This document shows positions 20,661 to 30,118 of a stretch of 64,000 nucleotides of DNA, one piece after another (the stretch's first letter is position 1; every line of letters starts with the position of its first letter). Location: NCBI GenBank assembly GCA_945870825.1, contig CAMBTM010000001.1:26926-90925 (forward strand), given 5' to 3'. The notes under the pieces are model-generated. The model saw only the letters and a list, made by a program, of their open reading frames with translations, ran no database searches and was not told where the DNA came from. The stretch comes from Rhizobium sp. Q54 (GTDB lineage Bacteria > Pseudomonadota > Alphaproteobacteria > UBA7879 > VGCX01). Position numbers and translations under genes: made by a program.

Positions 20661-21486
20661 AGGCCTTCACAATCGCTGAAACGAGGGGATGGCGCACCAC
20701 GTCATCGGCACCAAATTCGACAAAAGAAAGAGACGGGATATTTTTAAACCGACTCATCGCATCCAAAAGCCCTGATTGTTGGGAAACGGGCAGATCAATT
20801 TGGGTTGCATCCCCCGTAACCACCATCCGAGATCCTTCCCCAAGACGCGTTAGAAACATTTTCATCTGAAGAACCGTTGTATTTTGGGCTTCATCCAAGA
20901 TCACATAGGCATCACAGAGGGTCCGACCCCGCATAAAAGCAAGGGGTGCAATCTCGATCACACCTGTTGCGATTAGTTTTTCAACCTGGGGCCCTGGGAA
21001 CATATCATAAAGGGCATCGTAAATGGGACGTAGATAAGGATCCACTTTTTCTTTTAAGTCACCTGGAAGAAACCCTAGCCGTTCGCCTGCCTCAATCGCA
21101 GGACGTGATAAAATCAAACGCTCCACCTTGCCAGCCATCAGCATGGATGCCCCCATGGCAACAGCCAAGTAAGTCTTTCCAGTGCCTGCAGGACCAACCC
21201 CAAAAACAAGCTCGTCTTTTTCAAGGGCTTTGATGAAAGTTGCCTGGGATGGCGACCTTGGGAATATAAATCGATTAGACGTCTTGAGATGAATTTTTAC
21301 ATCTCCTTCTTTGACAGGCGCCTTGGACATGCGTACAGATCCGTCAACATCAGAAAGGCTAATCGTCTCTCCCTTTTCTAACCGCTTAATCAACGCGTTT
21401 AAAACACTGGTTGTTTGAGAAATATTATTTTGTTCGCCTTCAATAAGCAGAACATTGCCGCGAGAATGAATATGCACCTGCAACAA
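20653..21486 (-). CDS. ybeZ: PhoH-family ATPase (YbeZ)
   Basis: Walker A GPAGTGKTYLA and the PhoH core. Confidence 0.9.
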   Translation of the reverse strand: MLQVHIHSRGNVLLIEGEQNNISQTTSVLNALIKRLEKGETISLSDVDGSVRMSKAPVKEGDVKIHLKTSNRFIFPRSPSQATFIKALEKDELVFGVGPAGTGKTYLAVAMGASMLMAGKVERLILSRPAIEAGERLGFLPGDLKEKVDPYLRPIYDALYDMFPGPQVEKLIATGVIEIAPLAFMRGRTLCDAYVILDEAQNTTVLQMKMFLTRLGEGSRMVVTGDATQIDLPVSQQSGLLDAMSRFKNIPSLSFVEFGADDVVRHPLVSAIVKAYA

Positions 21487-21572
21487 AGATTCAAGGCGTT
21501 TAATATGTTCGCTTTGAAATCCAACAAGCTGTTGGAGAATTTGATTGTTAGAAACGATGAAAGATTCTGTTG

Positions 21573-22964
21573 TTATTGTAACTCTCCCTTTAGGCTATTA
21601 TCAAAGGCTTCTATGACCTTTATCTCATGCACCTGCCCCATTATGTTATCACCGTTTGAAAGGATATGTACAGACTGCATATGAGGACTTTTTCCCAAAT
21701 ATTGATCGGCTCGTTTCCCTTGCCTTTCAAAAAGAACTGGGATGCTTTTACCAAGGAAACTTTGATTAAAAGACTCTTGTTGGGCATGTATCAATGTCTG
21801 CAGTCTCTGGAGACGTTCTTTTTTAATCTCTTCGTCCACTTGGGTTTCAATGCCTGCAGCAGGCGTCCCGGGTCTGCGACTATAGGAAAAACAATAAGCC
21901 TGGCCATATTGGACCCGTTCAACAAGGGATAGCGTATCTTCAAAGTCTTTCTCGGTTTCTCCTGGGAACCCTACGATAAAGTCAGAAGAAAATCCGATGT
22001 CGGGGCGTACATGGCGCAACTTTTGAATAACCTCTTCATAAAAAGCAACTGTGTGTTTCCGGTTCATCAATTTCAAGATGGCATCCGACCCTGATTGAAC
22101 AGGCAGATGCAGAAAGGGCATTAACTTAGGTGAATCCCCATGGGCTTGAATCAAGGCATCGTCCATGTCCTTGGGGTGGGATGTCATATAACGTAGGCGT
22201 TCTAGTCCCTCGATATTGGAAAGTTCAAGGCACAAGGGCCCAAGCCCCCATACCCCCTGACCACTTTGAGAAATACCGTGGTAAGCATTCACATTTTGAC
22301 CCAACAAGGTAATCTCTTTCGCCCCTAGCGCTACATAACGCTTAGCTTCTGCAACAATATCCCCAACGGGTCTTGAATATTCAGCACCCCGTGTGTAAGG
22401 CACACAACAAAAGGTACAGAACTTGTCGCACCCTTCTTGAATCGTTAAAAAGGCTGAGACGCGTGGGTTATCGCTAACAGCTGGGATGTGGTCAAACTTG
22501 GATTCAACGGGAAAGTCTGCATAGACGATCTTATCTTTTCTATACTCTTTTCCTTTTTTCTTATCCATCTGATTGATATGAAAGGCACGGGTGGCGCGCT
22601 CAATCATTTCTGGTAATTTATGGTACGCTTGGGGACCCAAAACAATATCCACATAGGGCGCGCGTTTGATAATCTCGCCGCCTTCTGCCTGACCGACGCA
22701 TCCTGCAACGGCCAAAATAAACTGACGCCCCTCTGCGGTACGCTCTTTCTTCAAAGATTGATAACGGCCTATTTCACTATAGACTTTTTCCGTCGCTTTC
22801 TCCCGAATATGGCACGTATTCAAAATAACCATGTCGGAAGAAGTCGGATCATCCGTCAACTCATAACGATGAGGCCCCAAAATATCCGCCATCTTCTCAG
22901 AGTCATAGACATTCATCTGACAGCCATAAGTCTTGATGTAAAGTTTTTTAGGAGATTCTGACAT
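21573..22964 (-). CDS. miaB: tRNA-i6A37 methylthiotransferase MiaB
   Basis: UPF0004 N-terminal domain, radical-SAM CxxxCxxC (CDKFCTFC) and a TRAM C-terminus. Confidence 0.9.
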   Translation of the reverse strand: MSESPKKLYIKTYGCQMNVYDSEKMADILGPHRYELTDDPTSSDMVILNTCHIREKATEKVYSEIGRYQSLKKERTAEGRQFILAVAGCVGQAEGGEIIKRAPYVDIVLGPQAYHKLPEMIERATRAFHINQMDKKKGKEYRKDKIVYADFPVESKFDHIPAVSDNPRVSAFLTIQEGCDKFCTFCCVPYTRGAEYSRPVGDIVAEAKRYVALGAKEITLLGQNVNAYHGISQSGQGVWGLGPLCLELSNIEGLERLRYMTSHPKDMDDALIQAHGDSPKLMPFLHLPVQSGSDAILKLMNRKHTVAFYEEVIQKLRHVRPDIGFSSDFIVGFPGETEKDFEDTLSLVERVQYGQAYCFSYSRRPGTPAAGIETQVDEEIKKERLQRLQTLIHAQQESFNQSFLGKSIPVLFERQGKRADQYLGKSPHMQSVHILSNGDNIMGQVHEIKVIEAFDNSLKGELQ

Positions 22965-22976
22965 GATTCAACCCGC

Positions 22977-23432
22977 TTATCGGGATGCCGTGCGCTTAGG
23001 TGCTGAATAACGACCGATGTTACCAAAGAGTTCAGACACAAGACTTGGATCACGCCCCTTAACAGGCGTTGCCCCAGATTTCACCTCAACGTCATAATGA
23101 TGGGAAAGGTCCCTAATTTCGTAACCACTCACTGTACCATCTGGTCCAAAACTAACGGCTAAAATTTCACGTTCCAAAACCTTTGGATCAAAGAAAGCCT
23201 TTTTCTCCGTCTTGTCGCCAATATAATACCAAACGTCCCCACCAAAGAGTTCTTTGCTAGAAGGAGGCCCCAATAATTCTTGAAGTTCTGGTTTCTTTGT
23301 TTTGTTTAACTCAATTTTCTTTAGTTCATCCATGTCAAAAAAATTGCCACGCACATACTGCGTTGGTGTACAAGAAACCAGAGACAATCCCAATAAACCC
23401 AAAACAAAAGACCAATAATATTTGTATGTCAT
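22977..23432 (-). CDS. bamE: Outer-membrane protein assembly factor BamE (SmpA/OmlA lipoprotein)
   Basis: Lipobox LSLVSC after a signal peptide. About 150 aa, SmpA_OmlA-like. Confidence 0.7.
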   Translation of the reverse strand: MTYKYYWSFVLGLLGLSLVSCTPTQYVRGNFFDMDELKKIELNKTKKPELQELLGPPSSKELFGGDVWYYIGDKTEKKAFFDPKVLEREILAVSFGPDGTVSGYEIRDLSHHYDVEVKSGATPVKGRDPSLVSELFGNIGRYSAPKRTASR

Positions 23433-23572
23433 TTAAAACCCATGATGCTGATGAAGCATGGCATAAATTCCCATAACCCCCACCCCCTGTCAATGCTTGT
23501 TTTTTCTTGCTCCATATAAAATAATTATTTAATATAAAATAAAATATAAAATAATTAACAGGGATTAAAAAG

Positions 23573-24337
23573 ATGAAAAATGAAAGAATACACCGATCAT
23601 ATGCTTTGTTTGTTGTGCTCATTTGCTTCCTCGGCATCTTTTTTTGGACAATGCAGGATTCCAACGCTGCACAAACGTCCATAGAACGGCCCCGCAGAGA
23701 GATCCCCCTCAACAAAGCGCTCTCAAAATTGCTGCCTGCCCCAAAAACTGTTGTGGAACAAGAAAATATTGGCAATAAATATCGCATTGCAATGACCGAT
23801 GTGGAATTCGTTAAAAAAAGAGATATTATCACAAAACTATTTACAACATACCCCAATCTTGTGGCGGTCCTGGATGTTGGGGGAAAATTTGTATCAAAGA
23901 AAGGTGTGTTGACCTTAACAAAGAAAGAGTTCAACCCTGCCATACATCACCTAATCATTACCAACCATAAAAACAACGTCAAAAGAATTGGGGCTTTTTT
24001 CTTGGCAGAATGTCGTAGCCTGCTTTCCCTAACCCTTTATCCCCTCATCAACCTGACCAGCATCAATGGATATTTTCTTGCTGAATGTACAAAACTGAAG
24101 ACGTTGAATCTTGGATGCCTCCACAGCGTTGAGTCCATTGGACACAGTTTCCTTGCCAACTGTCGTGCACTGATGCATCTGGATCTAAAACCCCTCCAAA
24201 ATGTGAGGAAAATCGGTCAATTATTTCTCTCTGGTTGTGGGCACCTTAAAGATGTTGATTTCACGCAATTGCACAAAGTAAAACGTGTGACACACCCTAA
24301 ACCCAACACCTCTGGGTTTGAGGTCATTAAAGATTAG
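23573..24337 (+). CDS. Leucine-rich-repeat (BspA-type LRR) membrane-anchored protein
   Basis: N-terminal TM/signal anchor followed by at least four ~23-aa repeats: IGAFFLAECRSLLSLTL, INGYFLAECTKLKTLNL, IGHSFLANCRALMHLDL, IGQLFLSGCGHLKDVDF. It is preceded by an AT-rich ATAAAATA repeat promoter. Confidence 0.6.
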   Translation: MKNERIHRSYALFVVLICFLGIFFWTMQDSNAAQTSIERPRREIPLNKALSKLLPAPKTVVEQENIGNKYRIAMTDVEFVKKRDIITKLFTTYPNLVAVLDVGGKFVSKKGVLTLTKKEFNPAIHHLIITNHKNNVKRIGAFFLAECRSLLSLTLYPLINLTSINGYFLAECTKLKTLNLGCLHSVESIGHSFLANCRALMHLDLKPLQNVRKIGQLFLSGCGHLKDVDFTQLHKVKRVTHPKPNTSGFEVIKD

Positions 24338-24402
24338 GTAAAATACACATCTTGCACTCCCTTCCCCCATGGACTATGCTACTTTAAAAACATGGTCCTA
24401 TA

Positions 24403-25791
24403 ATGTTCGTACTCTTATTGATTATATTCGGGTTATCCACCCTTTCCCTTTGTGCAGAGGGTCATTTAGACGGATCCACCCTCAGTCTATGGTGGGGAGC
24501 GCCCTTTTCGCTGATTCTTTTATCTCTGGCTGTAGGCCCTACACTCTTGGGACGTTTTTGGCATCGACATTATAGTAATATTATCCTAGGGTTTACCCTT
24601 GCGTTTCTACTGCCAGCATGCCAGTTTTTTGGCTTCCAGACTATTATTCATGAGGTCAGACATTACCTGTTTTTGGAATATATCCCCTTCGTTACATTAA
24701 TTGGGGCACTGTTTATTGTCACTGGCGGTATTCGTCTTAATGCCCAATGGGAAGGAACACCTAAAAGCAACTGTATGGTTTTAGGTCTTGGCACCCTTGC
24801 TGCAAGTTTCATTGGCACCACGGGGGCGAGCATGCTGTTGATTCGACCCCTCATTCGCGGTAATGCTTGGAGATCCCATAAAGCCCACATCATCATCTTC
24901 TTTATCTTTCTCGTTGCCAATATTGGTGGCGCCCTGACCCCCCTTGGAGACCCCCCTCTTTTCTTAGGTTTTCTTGAAGGGGTTCCCTTTTTCTGGCCCA
25001 TGACCCATATGGTGGGCCCCTTAGCCGTTACAGCTGGCACAGCCCTTGGCATATTTTATTTCCTTGACCAGTATTTTTATAAAAAGGAAAAAGGGCCGAT
25101 ACACTCTGCAGATAAAAAAGTTCATGCCCTTTCAATCTCTGGAGGTCTCAATCTATTTTTTCTTCTCTGTATTATGGGTGCAGTCCTTCTCAGCGGCCTT
25201 TGGAAGCCAGGGATAACCCTGGGGATTTTAAAACTCGAAAATATAACCCGTGATGGGATTTTGTTGTTAATTACCCTACTTTCTTTAAAATTTACGCCCC
25301 AGTCTATACGACAAAAAAATCAGTTTTCCCTTGATCCACTAAAAGAAGTTGCACGTGTTTTTCTAGGCATTTTTATTACGGTTATCCCTGTCTTAAGCAT
25401 TCTAAAAGCAGGCACAGAAGGGGCCCTCGCGCCTTTTATTGCCCTTGCTAACCATGATGGAGTCCCATGCAACCCAGCCTACTTTTGCCTGACAGGTTTC
25501 TTTTCCAGTGTCCTTGATAATGCCCCGACTTATTTTGTCTTTTTCAATATGGCAGGAGGAGATGTGACAGCTCTCACTACAACCCTATCCCAAACATTGC
25601 TTGCTATCTCAACGGGGGCTGTCTTTATGGGGGCCCTGACCTATATCGGCAATGCCCCTAACTTTATGGTCAAAGCTGTCGCTGAAACCCATCACATTAA
25701 AATGCCTACTTTCTTGGGCTATATGGGCTGGTCTTTGGTTGTCCTCACGCCTATTTTTCTTCTCGTGACCTGGATTTTTTTCATCTCATAG
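24403..25791 (+). CDS. Ion-transporter-superfamily permease (ArsB/NhaD/CitMHS-like)
   Basis: 462 aa, about 12 TM, with the GDPPLFLGF motif. Family assignment is approximate. Confidence 0.5.
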   Translation: MFVLLLIIFGLSTLSLCAEGHLDGSTLSLWWGAPFSLILLSLAVGPTLLGRFWHRHYSNIILGFTLAFLLPACQFFGFQTIIHEVRHYLFLEYIPFVTLIGALFIVTGGIRLNAQWEGTPKSNCMVLGLGTLAASFIGTTGASMLLIRPLIRGNAWRSHKAHIIIFFIFLVANIGGALTPLGDPPLFLGFLEGVPFFWPMTHMVGPLAVTAGTALGIFYFLDQYFYKKEKGPIHSADKKVHALSISGGLNLFFLLCIMGAVLLSGLWKPGITLGILKLENITRDGILLLITLLSLKFTPQSIRQKNQFSLDPLKEVARVFLGIFITVIPVLSILKAGTEGALAPFIALANHDGVPCNPAYFCLTGFFSSVLDNAPTYFVFFNMAGGDVTALTTTLSQTLLAISTGAVFMGALTYIGNAPNFMVKAVAETHHIKMPTFLGYMGWSLVVLTPIFLLVTWIFFIS

Positions 25792-25863
25792 AAGCGTATA
25801 TATAGCGATCTAAATCCTTGAAAATCTGATAATTGAGTATTATAATCCCTATATATCGGATAT

Positions 25864-27033
25864 TTGTGGAATATAAAAATGCATTTTAAGCGATATTTGA
25901 CCTTTCATTTGCCTGACCAACAATCTGCTTTTCTTTGGGGAGCAAGGAAAACTGGGAAATCAACCTTCCTAAAAGAGAAATTCCCAACAGCAGTTTACAT
26001 AGACCTTTTAAGGGCTGATGTTTATCAAGGATATCTTCGAAAACCAGAAAAACTGAGGGAAGAATTTCGTGGATTCACAGACCCCCTAACCATCATTATT
26101 GACGAAGTCCAAAAAGTTCCCATCCTTCTGGACGAAATTCATGGTCTCATCGAAGACAGAAAAAATCTTCAGTTTATTCTATGCGGATCAAGTGCTAGAA
26201 GATTAAGACAACCAGGCGTGAATTTATTGGGTGGCAGAGCCTGGAGGTTCATGTTTTTGCCACTTTGCTATCCCGAAATTCAAGAACTCAATTGGTCTCA
26301 TATTTTTAACAGAGGTCTTATCCCAAGCCACTACGTGTCACCATCTTGGGAAAAAAATCTTGCAGCTTATCTTTATGACTACGTCTTAACAGAAGTTCAT
26401 TTAGAGGCAGATATCCGGAAAAAAGAGTCTTTTGCCAGATTTCTAGATGTTCTTGGATTTTGTCATGGAACGCTTATCAATTACACCAATATCGCCCGAG
26501 ACTGTGGGGTCAACAGCAAAACAGTCATGACCTATTTTGAGATTCTGGAAGATATGTATTTAGGTTATTTTCTAAGGCCATTTCGATCAAGAAGCAGTCG
26601 TCAAATTGTTCAAAAAACACCCAAATTCTACCTCTTTGACACAGGCGTTGCCAATTATCTTAAGCGATATGAATTCAAAGAAATGAGAGGGGCTGACGCT
26701 GGCGCAAGTTTTGAACATTACGTATTTTTGGAATTGATGGCATACAAACTGCTGACAGATAAGCGGGATAACATTTTTTTCTGGAGAACAAAAGAAAAGC
26801 ATGAGGTAGACTTCATTGTTCAAGATATGGCTTTTGAAGTCAAAATTTCAACACCTATCGAAAAAAATGACATAAAAAACCTTCTCATTTTTGCCCAAGA
26901 TCATGCAATGTCTCTTCACATCATCTCTCTGGAACATCGAAAAAGAGTCATGCGAGAAGGAACCAAAGAAGTAACCGTATGGCCAATTCAAGACTTCCTA
27001 GAGGCCCTTTGGGGGGGAGATCTATGGAAATAA
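25864..27033 (+). CDS. AAA+ ATPase, AAA_14 + DUF4143 family (paralog of 15999..17177)
   Basis: Walker A GARKTGKST and Walker B IIIDEVQ. About 35-40% identical to the first copy by eye. The start is possibly the Met at 25879. Confidence 0.8.
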   Translation: MWNIKMHFKRYLTFHLPDQQSAFLWGARKTGKSTFLKEKFPTAVYIDLLRADVYQGYLRKPEKLREEFRGFTDPLTIIIDEVQKVPILLDEIHGLIEDRKNLQFILCGSSARRLRQPGVNLLGGRAWRFMFLPLCYPEIQELNWSHIFNRGLIPSHYVSPSWEKNLAAYLYDYVLTEVHLEADIRKKESFARFLDVLGFCHGTLINYTNIARDCGVNSKTVMTYFEILEDMYLGYFLRPFRSRSSRQIVQKTPKFYLFDTGVANYLKRYEFKEMRGADAGASFEHYVFLELMAYKLLTDKRDNIFFWRTKEKHEVDFIVQDMAFEVKISTPIEKNDIKNLLIFAQDHAMSLHIISLEHRKRVMREGTKEVTVWPIQDFLEALWGGDLWK

Positions 27034-27057
27034 ACCTGCGTATCGTTTTCAACCCAT

Positions 27058-27090
27058 CATAAAAACGGCCCCGAAGGGCCGTCTTTATAC
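27058..27090. terminator. Bidirectional Rho-independent terminator (ACGGCCC-CGAA-GGGCCGT flanked by A/T runs) between the ATPase paralog and ros/mucR
   Basis: GC-rich perfect hairpin with AAAAA upstream and a T-run on the minus strand. Confidence 0.65.
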
Positions 27091-27111
27091 TCTGGTGAAG
27101 TTATGGTTAAT

Positions 27112-27552
27112 TTAGGCAACAGCAACTTTCTTAATACGGCGGCTTGTTCCAAGACCGATGGTCTTTGCCAAACGGCTCCGTTGCTTTGCATAGTTTGGTG
27201 CAACCGTTGGGTAATCTGCTGGAAGGCCCCAACGTTCACGATATTCTTGAATGCTCATGCCATAAACAGCTTTCAGATGGCGCTTTAACATTTTAAGTCT
27301 TTTTCCATCTTCAAGACAGATAATATAGTCTGGTGTGACGGATTTTTTGATCGCAACGGCAGGTGTTGGACGCCCTGGTCGGCCTCTTCCCTGGTCGTGA
27401 ACTGCAGCAAGAGCTGCATAGACTTGTTCGATGATCCCTGGCAAATCAGAAATCTGAACATCGTTATTACTAACATGTGCTGAAACAATATCTGCTGTTA
27501 AAGTAAGTACTTGATCCACTGTATTTAAGTTTTCGTTCATCTTACGCTCCAT
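27112..27552 (-). CDS. mucR: Ros/MucR-family zinc-finger transcriptional regulator
   Basis: Signature VTPDYIICLEDGKRLKMLKRHL...YGMSIQEYRERWGLP. Confidence 0.9.
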   Translation of the reverse strand: MERKMNENLNTVDQVLTLTADIVSAHVSNNDVQISDLPGIIEQVYAALAAVHDQGRGRPGRPTPAVAIKKSVTPDYIICLEDGKRLKMLKRHLKAVYGMSIQEYRERWGLPADYPTVAPNYAKQRSRLAKTIGLGTSRRIKKVAVA

Positions 27553-27653
27553 TATTTTTAGATTTTCTTGATATATAGCTTATAAGTTTAAAACGCAAGA
27601 AAAAGTTTAAAATTTAGATAATTCAATGCTAAAAAATAACTTTTACATTAAGC

Positions 27654-28091
27654 TTATTTTTTCTGCATCAGTAAGGCATCGATTTTACCTTGAGAAGATT
27701 GATAGTAATTTGGTCTGAGTCCAACAACGATGAATCCTTGCCGCTGATAAAATAGATGGGCTGCCTTGTTATCCGTAGCCACCTCCAACGTAATTTCCAG
27801 CACCCCTTGGACTGAACAGTCCTTTTCCATAAAAGCATAGAGTTTTTTACCATACCCTTGGTAACGACTGGATTCATCCACCACAAATTCTATCATATCA
27901 GCAGATCCAGCAATCACTTGAATAAGAATAAAGCCCAGCAGGGTGTCGTTCTGCCAAAATCCCCAGCCCTTTATTGTCGGGTCATTCATAAGGCTTTGGG
28001 TTGTCGTAAAAGTCCAGGGAGTCCCCGTCGATTGATGTTGCAGATGCATCATGAAAGAGGCATCATCTTGGGTTAAAGAACGGATCATCAT
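27654..28091 (-). CDS. rimI: Ribosomal-protein-alanine N-acetyltransferase (GNAT)
   Basis: GNAT motif QGYGKKL. Adjacent to tsaB as in many bacteria. Confidence 0.75.
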   Translation of the reverse strand: MMIRSLTQDDASFMMHLQHQSTGTPWTFTTTQSLMNDPTIKGWGFWQNDTLLGFILIQVIAGSADMIEFVVDESSRYQGYGKKLYAFMEKDCSVQGVLEITLEVATDNKAAHLFYQRQGFIVVGLRPNYYQSSQGKIDALLMQKK

Positions 28092-28094
28092 TCA

Positions 28095-28709
28095 TTACTC
28101 ATAGACTTTAGGGGGTCTTAAATAAAAGGGGTCTTGAGAAAAAATGGTCGGGGAATGATGAAGAACATCACAGGCAGCTGAGGCTACATCTTGGGCTGTT
28201 AATGTTAAATCAACAGAACCCTCGGGAAATGATGCCCCTGCATCGGTCACAAAAGATCCTTTGAACATCTCAAGGCGTTTTAGAACGTCATCCTTGGTCC
28301 AAATCCCCATCGATAAACAATTCCCTCCCTCATAGAGGGCCCCATAAAAATCATTCCGCTTGGTATCAAAGGCAAAAAGATGGCTATCTGAGGGAAATTT
28401 ATGACGGGCCACCTCAAAGCATGTTAGCCCTAAAAGTGGAAGATTGCCCGCCATGGACAACCCCTTAGCAATAGCAAGGCCTACACGAATGCCGGTAAAA
28501 GAGCCAGGACCCCTGGTAACTGCCACATGGGTTGCGTCCTTTAAAGAAATCCCTGATGATATTTGGATTTGTTCCAAAAGGGCAAAAAAGGTGGCCGCAT
28601 GACCAAACCCTACATTTTCTTCAGCGTAAACGACTGCCCTACCCTCATGCCAAAAACAAAGGGAACAAAGACGTGATGACGTCTCAATGCCAAGGATAAG
28701 GGGTTTCAT
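28095..28709 (-). CDS. tsaB: tRNA threonylcarbamoyladenosine biosynthesis protein TsaB (YeaZ)
   Basis: ILGIETS... N-terminal signature of the inactive Kae1/YgjD homolog. Confidence 0.8.
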   Translation of the reverse strand: MKPLILGIETSSRLCSLCFWHEGRAVVYAEENVGFGHAATFFALLEQIQISSGISLKDATHVAVTRGPGSFTGIRVGLAIAKGLSMAGNLPLLGLTCFEVARHKFPSDSHLFAFDTKRNDFYGALYEGGNCLSMGIWTKDDVLKRLEMFKGSFVTDAGASFPEGSVDLTLTAQDVASAACDVLHHSPTIFSQDPFYLRPPKVYE

Positions 28710-28717
28710 AAAAAATC

Positions 28718-29776
28718 TTAAACAGCTGCCTCTGACGTCACATCGCCATCAGCAAGATTGCTAATCACATTGCTTTTTTCCCGGATGCTTTTTTCGATAA
28801 TATCTGCCACATCAGGATTGGCCTTCAAATATGCCCGCACCGCTTCTTTTCCTTGGCCCAACTGCTGACCATTCCAGGAATACCAAGATCCTGCTTTTTC
28901 AAGAATTTCAGCTTTCACGCCTAAGTCAATCAACTCACCTATTTTAGAGATCCCTTCCCCGTACATGATGTCAAATTCAACCACTTTAAAGGGCGGGGCC
29001 ACTTTGTTTTTAACCACTTTGACCCGCGTTTGGTTACCAATCACATCTTCCTTATCTTTCACAGCACCAATACGGCGAATATCAAGACGGACAGACGCGT
29101 AAAATTTCAAGGCATTGCCCCCCGTTGTGGTCTCTGGGTTTCCAAACATCACACCAATTTTTTGACGAATCTGGTTGATAAAAATTACCATACATTGTGA
29201 CCGAGAAATGGACGCCGTCAATTTGCGCAAAGCCTGGCTCATGAGGCGCGCTTGGAGACCCATGTGGGAATCCCCCATGTCACCTTCAAGCTCTGCTTTT
29301 GGAACAAGTGCCGCAACCGAATCCACAACCAACACGTCAATAGCCCCAGAACGGACCAATGTATCCGTGATTTCCAATGCCTGTTCGCCCGTATCGGGTT
29401 GGGAAATAATCAGATCATTGATATTCACACCCAACTTCTTGGCGTACAAAGGATCAAGCGCGTGCTCTGCATCCACAAAGGCACAAGACCCGCCATTTTT
29501 TTGCGCTTCTGCAATGACGTGAAGCGTCAAACTGGTCTTTCCAGAACTTTCTGGACCAAAAATTTCAATAATACGCCCGCGTGGTAGGCCTCCAATCCCT
29601 AGGGCCATATCAAGGCCCAAAGATCCAGTTGAGATCGCCTCAACCTCGGCTTGCGTTGCCCCTTCGCCCAACTTCATGATGGATCCTTTTCCAAAGGACC
29701 TTTCAATTTGTTTGAGTGCTGACTCTAACGCTTTCTCTTTATCAACTTTACTAATGCTCATTTTATGTAACTCCAT
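28718..29776 (-). CDS. recA: Recombinase RecA
   Basis: GPESSGKT Walker A and a highly conserved RecA core. Confidence 0.97.
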   Translation of the reverse strand: MELHKMSISKVDKEKALESALKQIERSFGKGSIMKLGEGATQAEVEAISTGSLGLDMALGIGGLPRGRIIEIFGPESSGKTSLTLHVIAEAQKNGGSCAFVDAEHALDPLYAKKLGVNINDLIISQPDTGEQALEITDTLVRSGAIDVLVVDSVAALVPKAELEGDMGDSHMGLQARLMSQALRKLTASISRSQCMVIFINQIRQKIGVMFGNPETTTGGNALKFYASVRLDIRRIGAVKDKEDVIGNQTRVKVVKNKVAPPFKVVEFDIMYGEGISKIGELIDLGVKAEILEKAGSWYSWNGQQLGQGKEAVRAYLKANPDVADIIEKSIREKSNVISNLADGDVTSEAAV

Positions 29777-30118
29777 ACCCCAGAAACTGTATCAAAAGAG
29801 TATTGGTTTTTATTGGGAATTTGTAAATGGGAATATCTAGAAATTTTGAACTAAATCATGAAATCCTATTATCAAAACCAGATCATTTCTTTTCTATTTT
29901 CTTATTGAAGAAATTTTCGAAGACCATAGCATGCGATTTTAATCAGGATTAACAAGAAAAGTTTAGGTATCATGAAAGAGCCCTTACATATGCTAGATCA
30001 AACCCTAGTGAAAAAAGCCTCCAAGAAAAACGGGGGAACCAACTATGTTGAAAAAATGCAAAGGCGTTCATCGCTTCATAGAAAAGCGCTTTATCTCATC
30101 CGTGTGAAGAAAAAATTA

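Noticed and set aside
23335-23943. 202-aa minus-strand ORF spanning the bamE / LRR intergenic region and overlapping the LRR gene
   Set aside because: It overlaps two better-supported genes and runs through the AT-rich repeat promoter. Composition-driven artefact.
25792-25863. GCGTATATATAGCG-like element upstream of the second DUF4143 ATPase
   Set aside because: On checking it is not a true palindrome, and it does not resemble the TGGCA-N7-TGCCA operators of the first copy. There is too little evidence for a regulatory call.
29777-30118. Possible LexA/SOS box (GAAC-N7-GAAC type) and a 45-codon ORF between recA and yejF
   Set aside because: The best candidate, GAACTAAATCATGAAA, has its second half-site shifted by one base and is not a match. 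The small ORF has no ribosome-binding site or conservation signal that I can see. Left uncalled.
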